From positions 10,425,005 to 10,489,004 of the forward strand of contig NC_068993.1 in assembly GCF_001194135.2 (NCBI RefSeq): a stretch of 64,000 nt of DNA. Reading direction: 5' to 3'. Position 1 is the stretch's first letter. Every line of letters begins with the position of its first letter. The DNA is from Octopus bimaculoides. Lineage: Eukaryota. Shown in pieces: positions 1 to 11,626 of the stretch. Under the pieces are notes generated by a model. The model did no database searches, had not been told where the DNA came from, and saw nothing but the letters and a program-made list of their open reading frames with translations. A program made the position numbers and the translations under genes.

Positions 1-493
1 TCATACAAAATATCATCTCAAGTTACTGACATAAAAAGCATTTTCAAAGACCATGTCCTTAACTGTAAAAAGTTTTCACATACATTTTCCTCAAGTCTTA
101 AATATATGAAACAAAAAAAAAAAAAGTCATGAGTAAGACATAGATAAATAAATAGAGCCAGACATGTATTTTTTGTCTGTCTGTGGAATTAGGCCAGATA
201 AAGGACTTTTGCAGCAACTTAGGATCTAGAACAAACTGACTGGTTTTTTTGTTGTTATTTAACAACTTGGTAAACCATTAATAACTCTCTAAATTGCTGG
301 AGCAAGTGTGTTCTTTCACTCTTTAGCATTCACATTGTTTTGAATTAATCATGCATTGTCTTGTAGCTTTGAGATTTCAATGATATCATGTTTTTTATTT
401 GTCGAATGAGCTTGTGGGATATAGGTGTGTGAGAGGCTACATCTGGCTGCTTTGAATATAATAGTCAGAATATTATGGTCGGGTATGGGTGGT

Positions 494-720
494 TTAACCC
501 TTTGGCGTTCAGATTATTTTGTCAAATGTAAGGCTTGTTATTTACATTGCTCGGAATTATTCATGCATTAGTTTGTAGCTTCGAGATTTCAATAATATGA
601 CTGTTTATTTTTAAAATGACATTATAGGGTAGGTGTGAGAGGCCAGACCCGGTCAGTTTGAACCTAAAATAGGTAGAATACTTTGGCTGGATATGGCCGT
701 TTTATATACTAAAGGATTAA
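494..720. mobile_element. piggyBac-type MITE (TTAA-CCCTTT...AAAGG-TTAA)
   Basis: TTAA at both ends (494-497, 717-720) with inverted termini CCCTTTGGCG / ACTAAAGGA. The same internal sequence recurs at ~321-460, 7021-7249, 9470-9672, 15727-16314, 54456-54611 and ~63820-63975. Confidence 0.75.
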
Positions 721-883
721 ATGTTAATGAGTTAAGGATGGATGCCTTCCTTTCAGTTAGCAAGCAGCAGACTGAAAAGTGAAGTAGAGTATCATGTCTA
801 AGAGTGCAATACAGACTGAAATGATATTTGTGACTTGTAGGCATGCGGTATTTTGTTATGCAACCGTAATATACTATAAAGTA

Positions 884-1263
884 TTCTTTTACTCTTTTAT
901 TCTTTTACTCGTTTCAGACATTTGACTGCAGCCATGCTGGAGCACCGCCTTTAGTCGAACAAATCGACCCGAGGACTTATTCTTTGTAAGCTTAGTACTT
1001 ATTCTATCAGTCTCTTTTACTGAACTGCTAAGTTACGAGGACGTAAACACACCAGCATTGGTTGTCAAGCAATGGTGGGGGAGAAATATGGACACACACA
1101 CATATATATACGATGGTTTCCATCTACCAAATCCACTCACAAAGCTTTGGTCGGCCCGAGGCTATAGTAGAAGACACTTGCCCAAGGTGCCACGCAGTAG
1201 GACTGAACCTTGAACCATGTGGTTGGTTATCAGGCTACTTACCACACAGCCACTCCTGCGCCT
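884..1263 (-). mobile_element. tRNA-headed SINE, family A (my label), near full length
   Basis: The reverse complement starts AGGCGCAGGAGTGGCTGTGTGG (A-box-like) and GGTTCAAGGTTCAGTCC (B-box-like). It has an internal (CA/TA)n segment and a (GAGTAAAA)-type tail. More than 10 copies occur in the window. Confidence 0.85.
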
Positions 1264-1811
1264 ATAAATGTATATTAAATGTTTTTATAAATCAATATCG
1301 TGTTCTACTGTGTTAGCAGTGCTACTTCATCACTTGTTAAAGCTGCCTCTACAGGTATCCTATAGGAATATTAGCCAGCATTGATATTTGTTATGACATT
1401 TCATATACAAGACGTCAGATGTAAACAAACAATGAGATTAAAGATGAAAAATGGGTAATGAGCTTATATGCCATATTTCGGGGTTTTTTGCCCCCTTCAT
1501 CATTAATCATCCGCAAACTCATAGCTTAAATAGTCACTTAAATATACAGTGGTGTATAGTTATTGGATATACACCGATTACCCATTTTTGATTTCCTTGC
1601 TTGTTTATGTCTCGTATATGAAACATCGTAACAAAAATCAGTGCCAGCTAATAATTTCTATAGAATATCTGTTGAGATGACCTTAAGGAGTAAAGAAACA
1701 ATATTAGTTAGCTATAGCCATAAATTACAGCTTTTCCACTTTCTACAGCAGTTCATTGGAGGTTTGAGTCAGTAGTTCAATACTCCAGACAGCCATCCAG
1801 CCAGCATGTAT

Positions 1812-1945
1812 CATTATCATCATCATCATCATTTAACGTCCGCTTTCCATGCTAGCATGGGTTGGACGATTTGACTGAAGACTGGTGAAACCAGATGGCT
1901 ACACCAGGCTCCAATCTGATTTGGCAGAGTTTCTACAGCTGGATG
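1812..1945 (-). mobile_element. 3' end of RTE-type LINE (family D) with (GAT)n tail, 5'-truncated
   Basis: Nearly identical (1 mismatch over ~115 nt) to 36348-36462 in the opposite orientation. It has the same tail as the ORF-bearing copy at 39390-39777. Confidence 0.75.
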
Positions 1946-2165
1946 TATCATTTGATAATTAGAATGTGTATGAAGGACAGTGAGTGTGTGTGTGTGTGTG
2001 TGCGCGGATGGGAATGTGAAACAGTTAGCAAGCAAGACAGTAACAGGCAAACGAGACAGTATGAATAATAGAGTAAATATGCAAAATAATTGAGACGTAG
2101 AGGAAGGAGGAAACGGTCAATGTGGCAAGAACACAATTTATGTATAATAAAATAGTTCAAAGTGG

Positions 2166-2166
<1 letters not shown>

Positions 2167-2229
<63 letters not shown>

Positions 2230-2522
2230 NNNNNNNNNNNNNNNNNNNNNNNNNNNNNNNNNNNNNNNNNNNNNNNNNNNNNNNNNNNNNNNNNNNNNNN
2301 NNNNNNNNNNNNNNNNNNNNNNNNNNNNNNNNNNNNNNNNNNNNNNNNNNNNNNNNNNNNNNNNNNNNNNNNNNNNNNNNNNNNNNNNNNNNNNNNNNNN
2401 NNNNNNNNNNNNNNNNNNNNNNNNNNNNNNNNNNNNNNNNNNNNNNNNNNNNNNNNNNNNNNNNNNNNNNNNNNNNNNNNNNNNNNNNNNNNNNNNNNNN
2501 NNNNNNNNNNNNNNNNNNNNNN
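2167..2522. repeat. (GA)n microsatellite followed by a 293-N assembly gap (2230-2522)
   Basis: Seen directly. Other gaps: 14938-14960, 19179-19188, and 23862-24790 (929 N, also preceded by (GA)n). Confidence 0.95.
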
Positions 2523-2683
2523 TGTGCATGTAAGAACTTTTATGACAGATAATTAGCTTGGTAATCGTTTGTGAAAGGTTGCTCAGTGTTTTAGGTCATG
2601 CGATACATGAAAATAACCTTACCTCTCATTTAATATGTCAACTCGGATTTGAAGGCACAGCATGTATCTGGAGGGAAAGAAAA

Positions 2684-2684
2684 C

Positions 2685-2736
<52 letters not shown>

Positions 2737-3528
2737 GTAAGAACAAAAATTTCTAACACAGACACAAGGCCACAATTTTTTTTTCAATCCAGTCGATGCT
2801 TGGATCAGGAGGATAAAATTTCACTTGGAATGCAAATTCCCAAGGAACATCTAAAAAAAGAAATAGAATGAGACAAGGGTTAGAAGAAAACTGTAAAACA
2901 ATAGTAACTGCATTTCCCAGTAAAACAGATGAAGCAGTTTGCATCTACATCTAACAAATTTGTAGACTATCTCCTCTCATCAAAGTATCAACAATTTTAG
3001 CTATAACTAATGTATCCAACTGACCGTTACACATAGTGTCCTGAGGACAAAGAACTTGAAAAGTACGCAACTGGTACTTAACCCTGGTAAAATGGGAGGC
3101 AAAACTGACCTGGCAAAATTTGAACTCAGAATGTAAATGGGGCATGACTAAACACAACAAAGTAATTTGTTGTCTGTCATTTTACAGAATCTGTCAATCC
3201 ATAATGAAGACAATGGAAAGTAAAATAATTAAATGATTACCATTTAATTCAGCTCTCTAGCACTACAAAAATAATAACAATAATAATGATAATAATCCTT
3301 TCTACTAAAGGCACAAGGCCTGAAATTTTGCGGGAGGGGACTAGTCGATTACATCAACCCCAGTGTTTCACAGGTACTTAATTTATCGACCCCGAAAGGA
3401 TGAAAGGCAAAGTTGACCTCAGTGGGATTTGAACTCAGAACATAAAGACAGGTGAAATACCACTAAGCATTTCATCCAACGTGCTAATAATTCTGCCAGC
3501 TCACCATCTTAATATCATCACCATCATC

Positions 3529-3585
<57 letters not shown>

Positions 3586-3795
3586 CCTTTCTACTATAGG
3601 CACAAGGTCTGAAATTTGGGGAGAGGGGGCCAGTTGATTAGATTGATTCCAGTATGCAACTGGTACTTAATTTATTGACTCTGAAAGGATGAAAGATAAA
3701 ATCAACCTTCTTGGAATTTGAACTCAGAATGTAAAGATGGATAGAATGCCACTAAAGCATTTTGCCCAGCGTTTTAACTGTTCTGCCAGCTCGCC

Positions 3796-3848
<53 letters not shown>

Positions 3849-4050
3849 CCTTTCTACTATTGGCACAAGGCCTGAAATGTTGGGGGTGGCGGGCTACTTC
3901 ATTATAGTGACCCTAATGCTTGGCTTGACAGGCACTTACTTTATCAGCCCTGAAAGGATGAAAGGCAAAGTCTACTGTGGGAGAAATTGAACACAGAACA
4001 TAGAAATGAACAAAATGCCATACAGCATTTTGTCCAGCTTGCTGCCTTTG
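2684..4050 (-). mobile_element. Cluster of four head-to-tail family B SINEs (~2748-3140 interrupted, 3295-3510, 3586-3796, 3849-4043) separated by (AAT)n arrays
   Basis: Each unit contains ccttt(c)tacta..ggcacaagg..., gaaaggatgaaaggcaaagt, tttgaactcagaa and ttctgccagctc. (AAT)n arrays lie at 2684-2735, 3531-3585 and 3797-3848. Confidence 0.85.
2801..3062 (-). pseudogene. Partial duplicate of the 76-nt exon: acceptor, first 50 exonic nt and ~210 nt of upstream intron, with no donor
   Basis: 2801-3062 aligns to 4287-4548 with 4 differences by eye (one extra A in an A-run, G/A, T/C, one missing G). It translates as [16 protein letters not shown], then runs into SINE sequence and a stop at 2753-2755. 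Confidence 0.85.
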
Positions 4051-4260
4051 GTTTCAAATTTTGACATTAGGCCAGCTAAGTTCAGCCAAAAATTCAACTC
4101 TGAGTTCTATACTGTGGCATATGTTGGGGCAGGTGACAAACAGTTGGATGAGTTCATTGCTTATCACATTATTTCTACAAATATTGAGTTGATGAAGGCA
4201 AAATACAATTTATTTATTGTTACAGTGGCAAAAATGAGCATTGCTTGAAAAATTACATAC

Positions 4261-4336
4261 CTTGTAAGATCTTCTCGAAGTAAGGATGGATCAGGAGGAT
4301 AAAATTTCACTTGGAATGCAAATTCCCAAGGAACAT
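4261..4336 (-). CDS. EPB41: Protein 4.1-family coding exon, 76 nt, phase 1 to 2: (N)[24 protein letters not shown](R)
   Basis: tatttcttttttag|AT GTT CCT TGG ... CTT ACA AG|gtatgt. It matches the protein 4.1 motif [25 protein letters not shown] and lies inside track ORF 4164..4361. Confidence 0.95.
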
Positions 4337-4612
4337 CTAAAAAAGAAATAGAATGAGACAAGGGTTAAAAGAAAACTGTAAAACAATAGTAACTGCATTC
4401 CCCAGTAAAACAGATGAAGCAGTTTGCATCTACATCTAACAAATTTGTAGACTATCTCCTCTCATCAAAGTATCAACAATTTTAGCTATAACTAATGTAT
4501 CCAACTGACCGTTACACATAGGTGTCCTGAGGACAAAGAACTTGAAAAATTGTTGCTGCTTCATTTACCAAATAACCAATCCATGGTGAGAAAAAAAAAA
4601 AGTGACTTGATT

Positions 4613-4987
4613 CTCTTTTGCTTGTTTCAGCCCTTGGATTGCAACCATGCTGGGGTACCACCTTTTAAGGGTTTGGTCAAAGAAACAGACCCCAGTTCTT
4701 ATTTTTTAAGCCTAGTACTTATCCTCATGGTCACTTTTGCTGAACCACAAGTTACAAGGAGGTAAACAAACCAACACTGGTCATCAAGGGATGGTGGACA
4801 CACACACATATATACATACATATATACATACAAGATGGGCATCTACATAGATTTTGCCAAATTCACTCACAAGGAATTAGCTAACCTGGAGCCATGGTAG
4901 AAGACACTTGCCTAAGGTGCCATGCAGTGGGACTGAACCTGAAACAATGTGGTTACCAAGAAAACTTCTTAACTACATAGCTATGCC
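4613..4987 (-). mobile_element. Diverged family A SINE
   Basis: Collinear with 884-1263 (gtagaagacacttgcc.aaggtgccatgcagtgggactgaacc). Confidence 0.7.
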
Positions 4988-5122
4988 CTGTGTCCATGGA
5001 GGAACACAGAACTAACTAGAACAAAAAGGGACAGTTTTGTCACTGTGATAGAAAGTGAGTTGTTGTTTTTCCCAATGTAACCCTGGGTCAAGCAGACCGA
5101 TGGTCAAAAGCATTTCAGTTCT

Positions 5123-5339
5123 TTTCTACTCTAGGCACAAGACTCTAAATTTGGGGGGAGGAGGCCAGTTGGTTAGATCGACCTCAGTACGCAACTGGTA
5201 CTTAATTTATCGAGTACCTGAAAGGATGAAAGGCAAAGTCGACCTCGGCGAAATTTGAACTCAAAACGTAAAGACAGACAAAATACTGCTGAGCATTTTG
5301 CCCGTTGTGCTAACGTTCCTGCCAGCTCACCACTTTAAG
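5123..5339 (-). mobile_element. Family B SINE with a 13-bp target-site duplication, nested in an older repeat
   Basis: GCATTTCAGTTCT at 5110-5122 and 5340-5352. The flanks join into the older repeat also seen at ~41100-41290. Confidence 0.85.
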
Positions 5340-6013
5340 GCATTTCAGTTCTGACCAGCATGTCTGGTATATTAGCCAATGATATTTTCTAAGACAGTAA
5401 GGTGTAATTTAAGAGAACTTGCTTGTTATTTCTAGCAGGATGAGTAACTATACATAGGCTTCCTTCTAAGTTTTAAACTGAAGTAGGCAACAGTAATTAG
5501 AAAATGGCAAATTTGTTCTGAGGACTAAAATTTAGAAACTAGTATCCTGATAAGCAGGTGAAGAAACTTGTTTGAAATTAAATATTTGATTAACCAATTT
5601 ATCTGATATCTCTTAAATATCTCCTTCTCATCTTTAAAACTGAGACAAAAGCTATGTGCCAAAATTCTTAGGACATGCTAATATAAAGACACAATATTCA
5701 CAGCTGAATATAGTTTTCTGTATACTATTGACTTAGTTCATCCAACATTTTGCCTGCTCTGATACAGGGAGATAATACTGGTCCCTGACAACACATTTGT
5801 GACAGTATGTGCACTACACTTGTGTGCAAGAGACTGACAAACAAGCATCTCTGTTGAGAGAGAGAAAAAGAGAGAGCAATATCTTTGTGCCCTTCCAGGG
5901 TCTCAGAAGTAGTTAAGTATTTATTTGAATTCAGTAACATTTTAACATAACATTTTTCAGTCACATTTAGCTTAAATGACATCAGACCACCCACTCACAC
6001 ACAGGAAGGGTAC

Positions 6014-6045
<32 letters not shown>

Positions 6046-7020
6046 TTATTTATTGCAGATCACATTCCATATAAGATGAAGCTATTCCCAGCAAAACAGC
6101 CTAATTGAGGCACGTAGAATTTTAATTAAATAATTATGCTTCAGAGACACAAAGACATCTCATGCAGTAAGCACAGAACACACGAATCATGAACTCAGAA
6201 ACTAAATATGTTAAGAGCTGTCTCCCCACACAAAATAGACAGGCAAACAGATACACACATACATACATACATACATACATACATACATACAGACACACAC
6301 ACACGTTACCGTTTTTCTTTTGTTTTGTTTTTTCCCAATGGCAAGTGATCTAAAAACACAATGTTCAACAGACTTAATGGGGTTGTTTTAAGATATTTTT
6401 TCTGCCGAGATATTATTAACCTTTGCAACGCAAAAGTGTTTTTATTTATTGAATCAAAGAAAATTGGAAAATTGCATTTCCCACAGAACATTTCTGAAGA
6501 AATCAAAGTTGAAGTAGCAGTGACTTTAGAGTTAGTAAAACACTTTTATGAAAAAAATATTTGAAACAAAATACTTCAGAAATGTATTGATTTTTAAACA
6601 TAGATTTTAACCTCAACAAGTGAATGCAAAATCTCAAGTGCACACGTCTCTCTCTCATATATATATATACTTTCAATAATAATAAAGGGTAAAATTAATT
6701 AATTAATAATTTTACCAAGTAGTTTGGTAAAATTGTTAATCATTAATTCATTTTATCCTTTATTATTATTATTGAAAATATAATTCACTCCCTGATAGTA
6801 AACTGCAATTTCTGCGGGATTACTCGTAACACACGTGGGTGATTGGGGAAGAATGCGAGTTCTAACTCGTCTGTGTAAATTCGGAAGTGCTGGTTGTTGG
6901 ATATTAGTCATTCAATGTCACTTGGTCGAATACGTACTTAATTATTAGTACTCTTAAATTTACAATTGAAATTTACTACACAGAAGGAATATGCAGAGTG
7001 TGTGGAGCATGAAAGGCAGT

Positions 7021-7249
7021 TTAGCCCTTTAGCATTTAAAACTGGCCATATTTGGCCCAAATATGCTACTTGTATTTATGTCCTAACCAGCCAGATCCAG
7101 CCTATCACACCTACCATGCAATGCCATTCTAAAAATATACTGTCACATTGTCCAAATTTCAAAGCTATGAGATAATACATGATTAATCAAAAGCAATGTG
7201 AATGAAAAAGCATTATATTTGACAAAATAATCTGAATGCTAAATGGTCA
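7021..7249. mobile_element. piggyBac-type MITE, opposite orientation to 494-720
   Basis: ttagccctttagcatttaaa ... tctgaatgctaaatggtcaa, with degenerate TTAA termini. Confidence 0.65.
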
Positions 7250-7370
7250 AGCAATGGAGAACAATGTTTATGAATGAGTGATGAAATCCTACAATTAATT
7301 TGTATTACATATACCACACATAGATGTCTGAATGTACAAATGGAAGTAGGGGTACTCAAATCCTGCATTA

Positions 7371-7707
7371 AAGACCCCCTTCAGTCATGAATGAAAATGG
7401 CATTGCACCTAGAAAGTTCTCCTTCAAGGCACAAGCCGAGGCAAGGTTGTTTGTGGAAGACCAACAGTCAGCCATGCATACCAGCCTCCTCTCTCCTCAC
7501 CACGGATGTTATCCAAGGGAAAGGCAAAAGCCGATACAGCTCAGCACCAGTGATATCGCAACTCATTTCTATATAAGCTGAGCGAACAGGAGCAACATGA
7601 AATAAAGTGTCTTGCTCAAGAACACAACATACAGCCTGGTCCAGGAATTGAACTCACTACCTCATGATTGTGAGCCCAACACTAAACACTGAGCCATGTG
7701 TCTTCAC
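7371..7707 (-). mobile_element. tRNA-headed SINE, family E
   Basis: The reverse complement begins GTGAAGACACATGGCTCAGTG...GAGTTCAATTCC (A/B boxes). Homologous full copies lie at 16444-16781 (+) and 53621-53945 (-). Confidence 0.85.
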
Positions 7708-7877
7708 TTAGTACTCAAATCATGTAGTAGAGTATATTTATTCACTCTGCTGAAGTTGATAATTCATTTCTTTGTTACTCCAAGTTTTCTTGCTCTTGGG
7801 CAGCTTAATGGATGCTTGAAAGTGAGAAAATCAGAGCAATAAAAGAATGAATTATCAGCTTTAATATATTATCATCG

Positions 7878-8220
7878 TTTAATGCCCACTTTTCCATGCT
7901 TGCATGGGTCAGCTGGGAAAAGCTGAGGAAGATTTTCTATGGTTGGATGCCTTTCCTGTTGCCAACCCTCATCTGTTTCCAAACAAGGTAATATTTCCTT
8001 CCCATGACCAGACACAGTTTTCATGGAAGACTAGAAATGAACAACCTTGCTTGTATGACAGTGATGTACGAAGGGTCCTTTCCATCTACCAAGTCCATTC
8101 AAAAGGTTTTGGCATGGGGGCTATAATAGAAGATACTTGCCCAAGGAGCCATACAGTATGACTAAACCTGAGATTACATGGTTGGGAAGTAAGTTTCTTA
8201 ACCACAAAGCCATGCCTGTG
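7878..8220 (-). mobile_element. Family F SINE (family A head + distinct body + LINE-like (GAT)n tail)
   Basis: Shares its body with ~9860-10235, 31395-31745, 33937-34210, 34820-35243, 37350-37715 and 48700-48900. Confidence 0.7.
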
Positions 8221-8980
8221 TTTTAACACTAGTTGTTTTAAATCTGTCTTTCCATGCTGCCAGACAAGTAAAAGCACTGTTCAATTTAATCCTATATACA
8301 TCATTTCCTGAGAATGGGGAAATGGAAGTAACAAACCTACTCTGTAACTCCCATTGGAAACACTAATAGCTAAATGAAATTGTAAAATATATTTTTAAAC
8401 AAATCATCTATTTGTTTTTACAATTTTGTTTTTCAGAGCAATGGCAATTTCTCAGCATTGCTGACTTACAAAAAAAAGTAGAAAAATTCCAGTTTTAATT
8501 GTCAGATCATAAACTCTGTTTTATAGAGAGGTAAGCATTTAACTCTTTTGTTAACATATTTTTATTGAAATATATTGCCTTTGCTTCAATTAATTTTGAA
8601 AATAAGGAATTTAGTAAACTAATTAGTTTTATTAAGCCAGTGTTTGGAATTTAAATTTACATAAAATTCTGATGGGGTGTTTTAATTTAGTACATTCTGA
8701 AAAACAAGAAACTAAGAAACTGCCTGTAAACTGAAGGTTCAAATACCCAGTTGAACCACTTCGTTTCTTGTAGCTTTAGCCATTGGTGACCCATTGACAA
8801 TTTATGGGTTGTGGGATACTTGGATTTTTTCATACACACACATGCTAAAGACTTGTGAATAATTTGAGACCAAGTACCACTTTGCAACAAATCTACTAAC
8901 TGGACTTCAACTACACACCTTTCAGTGCTGGGATAATAATGTGCTACTATTTACTTTTTGATATGAAACATAGTTCAAAG

Positions 8981-9175
8981 CTGGCAGAATGATTAGCAGA
9001 CTGGGCAAAATGCTTAGTAGAATTTTGCCTGGCTTTACACTGAGTTCAAATTCCACTGAGGTCAACTTTGCTGTAATCCTTTTGAGGGTCGATAAAATAA
9101 GTACCAGTTGATTACTGGGATCAATGAAATTGATTTACCTCTGAAACTGCCGGCCTTGTGCCAAAATGTAAAACT
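8981..9175 (+). mobile_element. Family B SINE
   Basis: agctggcagaatgattagc...gagttcaaattcc...gtcgataaaataagtaccag...ggccttgtgcc. Confidence 0.75.
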
Positions 9176-11232
9176 AATATGAAACACAATACCATTTTAT
9201 GTTATTCAAATTTAATATTGATTATATTAAAATATTAGTGGTTAATACATCATTTATTTACTCACAAAATATGTTAAGTAAATAAGAAAGCAATACTTAT
9301 TTAGTTTGTAAATAAATATTTGGGATACAGCCTATATATGTAAACTTTATTTCCACCAGTCATAGTTGAACTACCAGGTATTAAAAATAATTAAAATAAT
9401 TTTTCAAGATCTAAAATACTAAACTATGCCTATGTAAGTTATACTGGCTCTCAATTATGTACATTGCTAAACCCCTTAGCATTTAAACCAGTCACATCCG
9501 GCCGAAATATTCTGCCTGTTGTATGTTCGAAGCAGCCAGATCCAGCTGCTCACACTGACCCTACAATGCCATTGTAAAACTAAATAATTACACCATCGAA
9601 ATCTCAAAGCTACAAGATAATGCATAGTGAATACATAAACATTACATTTGACAGTAATTTGAATGCTAACCCCAAAACCCTGCAAGCTATATAGAGATAT
9701 CCACTTAAATCAAATCCGTTCTGTGTTTATCTAGGGATTGGTGAACAGGAAAACAATTACTGAAAACAAAGTAGAGAACTTACTTTTAAATAAAATATAA
9801 TAGATTTTTTTTTGTTTTTGATTTTCCAATATCCTATGTGATTATTGTTATTTTGCATGGGCTGGATGGAATTTGTTGAGGCAGGTTTTTTACAGCTGGG
9901 TGACCTTCCTGTTGCCAACACTCACCTCCAAGCAAGGTAACTATTTCCCATGGCCAGACATGCTTTTCACAGATGACTAGAAATGAACAACATCTCCTGT
10001 ATGATGGTGAAGTACATTTACAACCCTCATGTGATGTCAAGACAGGCTACATGCAAGCACACACACACATATATATACACTGACACAAACACACACACAC
10101 ATATATATATATACACTGACACACACACCCACCCACACCAGGCTTCTTTCAGTTCCAAAGTGCCACACTGGGATTGAACCTGAGGCCACACAGTTGGAAA
10201 GCAAACTTATCAACCCCAGAGCCATGCCTGCACCTATGTACATATATGATAAACAAGATTACAAATATAGAATTAAATATGAAAATGACTCAGAAATACA
10301 TCTGCATATAATTAAACGATATGTCACTATTTCTAATGAAGCCTCAAGTGACTTCTTGCACAACTTTGGCTGGGAACTAGTAAACACTGCACTAAACCTA
10401 ACACAACGAAGAGAGAAGATAAATTGTGCTGCAGTAGGTAACAGGGATATAGAATAAATTACAAAACTGGGAATTAAACAGTGGTAGATAAATCTCACTT
10501 TTAATTGTGCTGAGGATACTATTAACTACTATAATTAAAACAACACCAATGTCTAATGCTACTATTAACTATTTGTGTGTGTGCGTGTTTTTTTAAATTT
10601 TTTTACCTTTACCCATATCTGGTTTTTTAGTAAAAAACCCAAAATCCAGAAAATCCAGCCCTAAACTATTTTCTGAAAAATAAAAATTTCAAGTTAAAAA
10701 AAAAAAATAAAAACAAAAATGTAAGAAAGAAAAAAAATCTATTGAAAAATAGCTTTACATTATTAAAACAAAAAGGGAAAGAAAGAAACATAAAAAAAAA
10801 ATGGGAGAAAGAAGATAGAGCAAATTCAAATCTTAAAAGCAATCAAACACACACACACACACACACACACACAGAATCAAACCCATTCAATTAATCTGAG
10901 TCATGATGGGCCTCTTAACATACCAACCTATTAATCACATCTCCTTCACATTCAGATACTACATATTACTGCTACTGTTCTTATCAATCCCACTTAAAAA
11001 CGATCCGAATAACTCATTCCTCGCCCACTGCCCTCCGTCAATATTCGCCCACTCCAAGTCTTCACGATCCTTTAGAAGTAACAAATAAGAGAAAAGAAAA
11101 AAAGAAAAAGAAAAAGTAAAAAGCAATAAAGCTTTCAGCTATCTCGGGTCAGGTAACCAAGCAAGTTTATCGAAAAAAACCTTTTGTGTCTATACCTGAC
11201 ATGGAGAATGTGCAGAATGTAAACCAGGCACT

Positions 11233-11626
11233 GTGGAGCTGCAATAGCCCAGTGGTTAGGGCAGCGGACTCGCGGTCATAGGATTGCGGTTTCGATTCCC
11301 AGACCGGGCGTTGTGAATGTTTATTGAGCGAAAACACCTAAAGCTCCATGAGGCTCCGGCAGGGGATAGTGGCGAACACTGCTGTACTCTTTCACCACAA
11401 CTTTCTCTCTCTCTCACTCTTTCTTCCTGTTTCTGTTGTGCCTGTAATTCAAAGGGTCAGCCATGTCACACTGTGCCACGCTGAATATCCCCGAGAACTA
11501 CGTTAAGGGTACACGTGTCTGTGGAGTGCTCAGCCACTTGCACGTTAATTTCACGAGCAGGCTGTTCCGTTGATCGGATCAACTGGAACCCCTCGTCGTC
11601 GTAAGCGACGGAGTGCCAACAACAAC
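11233..11626 (+). mobile_element. tRNA-headed SINE family C, (CAA)n-tailed variant, with a 12-bp TSD (1 mismatch)
   Basis: A box TAGCCCAGTGG and B box GGTTTCGATTCC. TSD is AAACCAGGCACT (11221-11232) / AAACCAGACACT (11627-11638). Confidence 0.85.

Noticed and set aside
653-844. SLYCTLRHDTLLH as the next FERM exon (expected YxLCLQLRxD...GRLPC)
   Set aside because: It lacks the GRLPC/LGSY/GDY motifs and runs into a MITE. The true next exon is probably left of the window or in the 2230-2522 gap.
1948-2556. Long track ORFs of 123-193 aa (and the 350-357 aa ORFs at 23755-24832)
   Set aside because: They are artefacts of (GA)n microsatellites plus N-gaps.
6306-6350. 40-nt minus-strand piece as the exon preceding VPWEF
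   Set aside because: There is no WL..K.I.KQ motif. The real exon is 18229-18277.
11233-11310. tRNA genes at the SINE heads (also 16444, 50253)
   Set aside because: A and B boxes are present, but there is no complete cloverleaf or acceptor stem and each continues into a SINE body.
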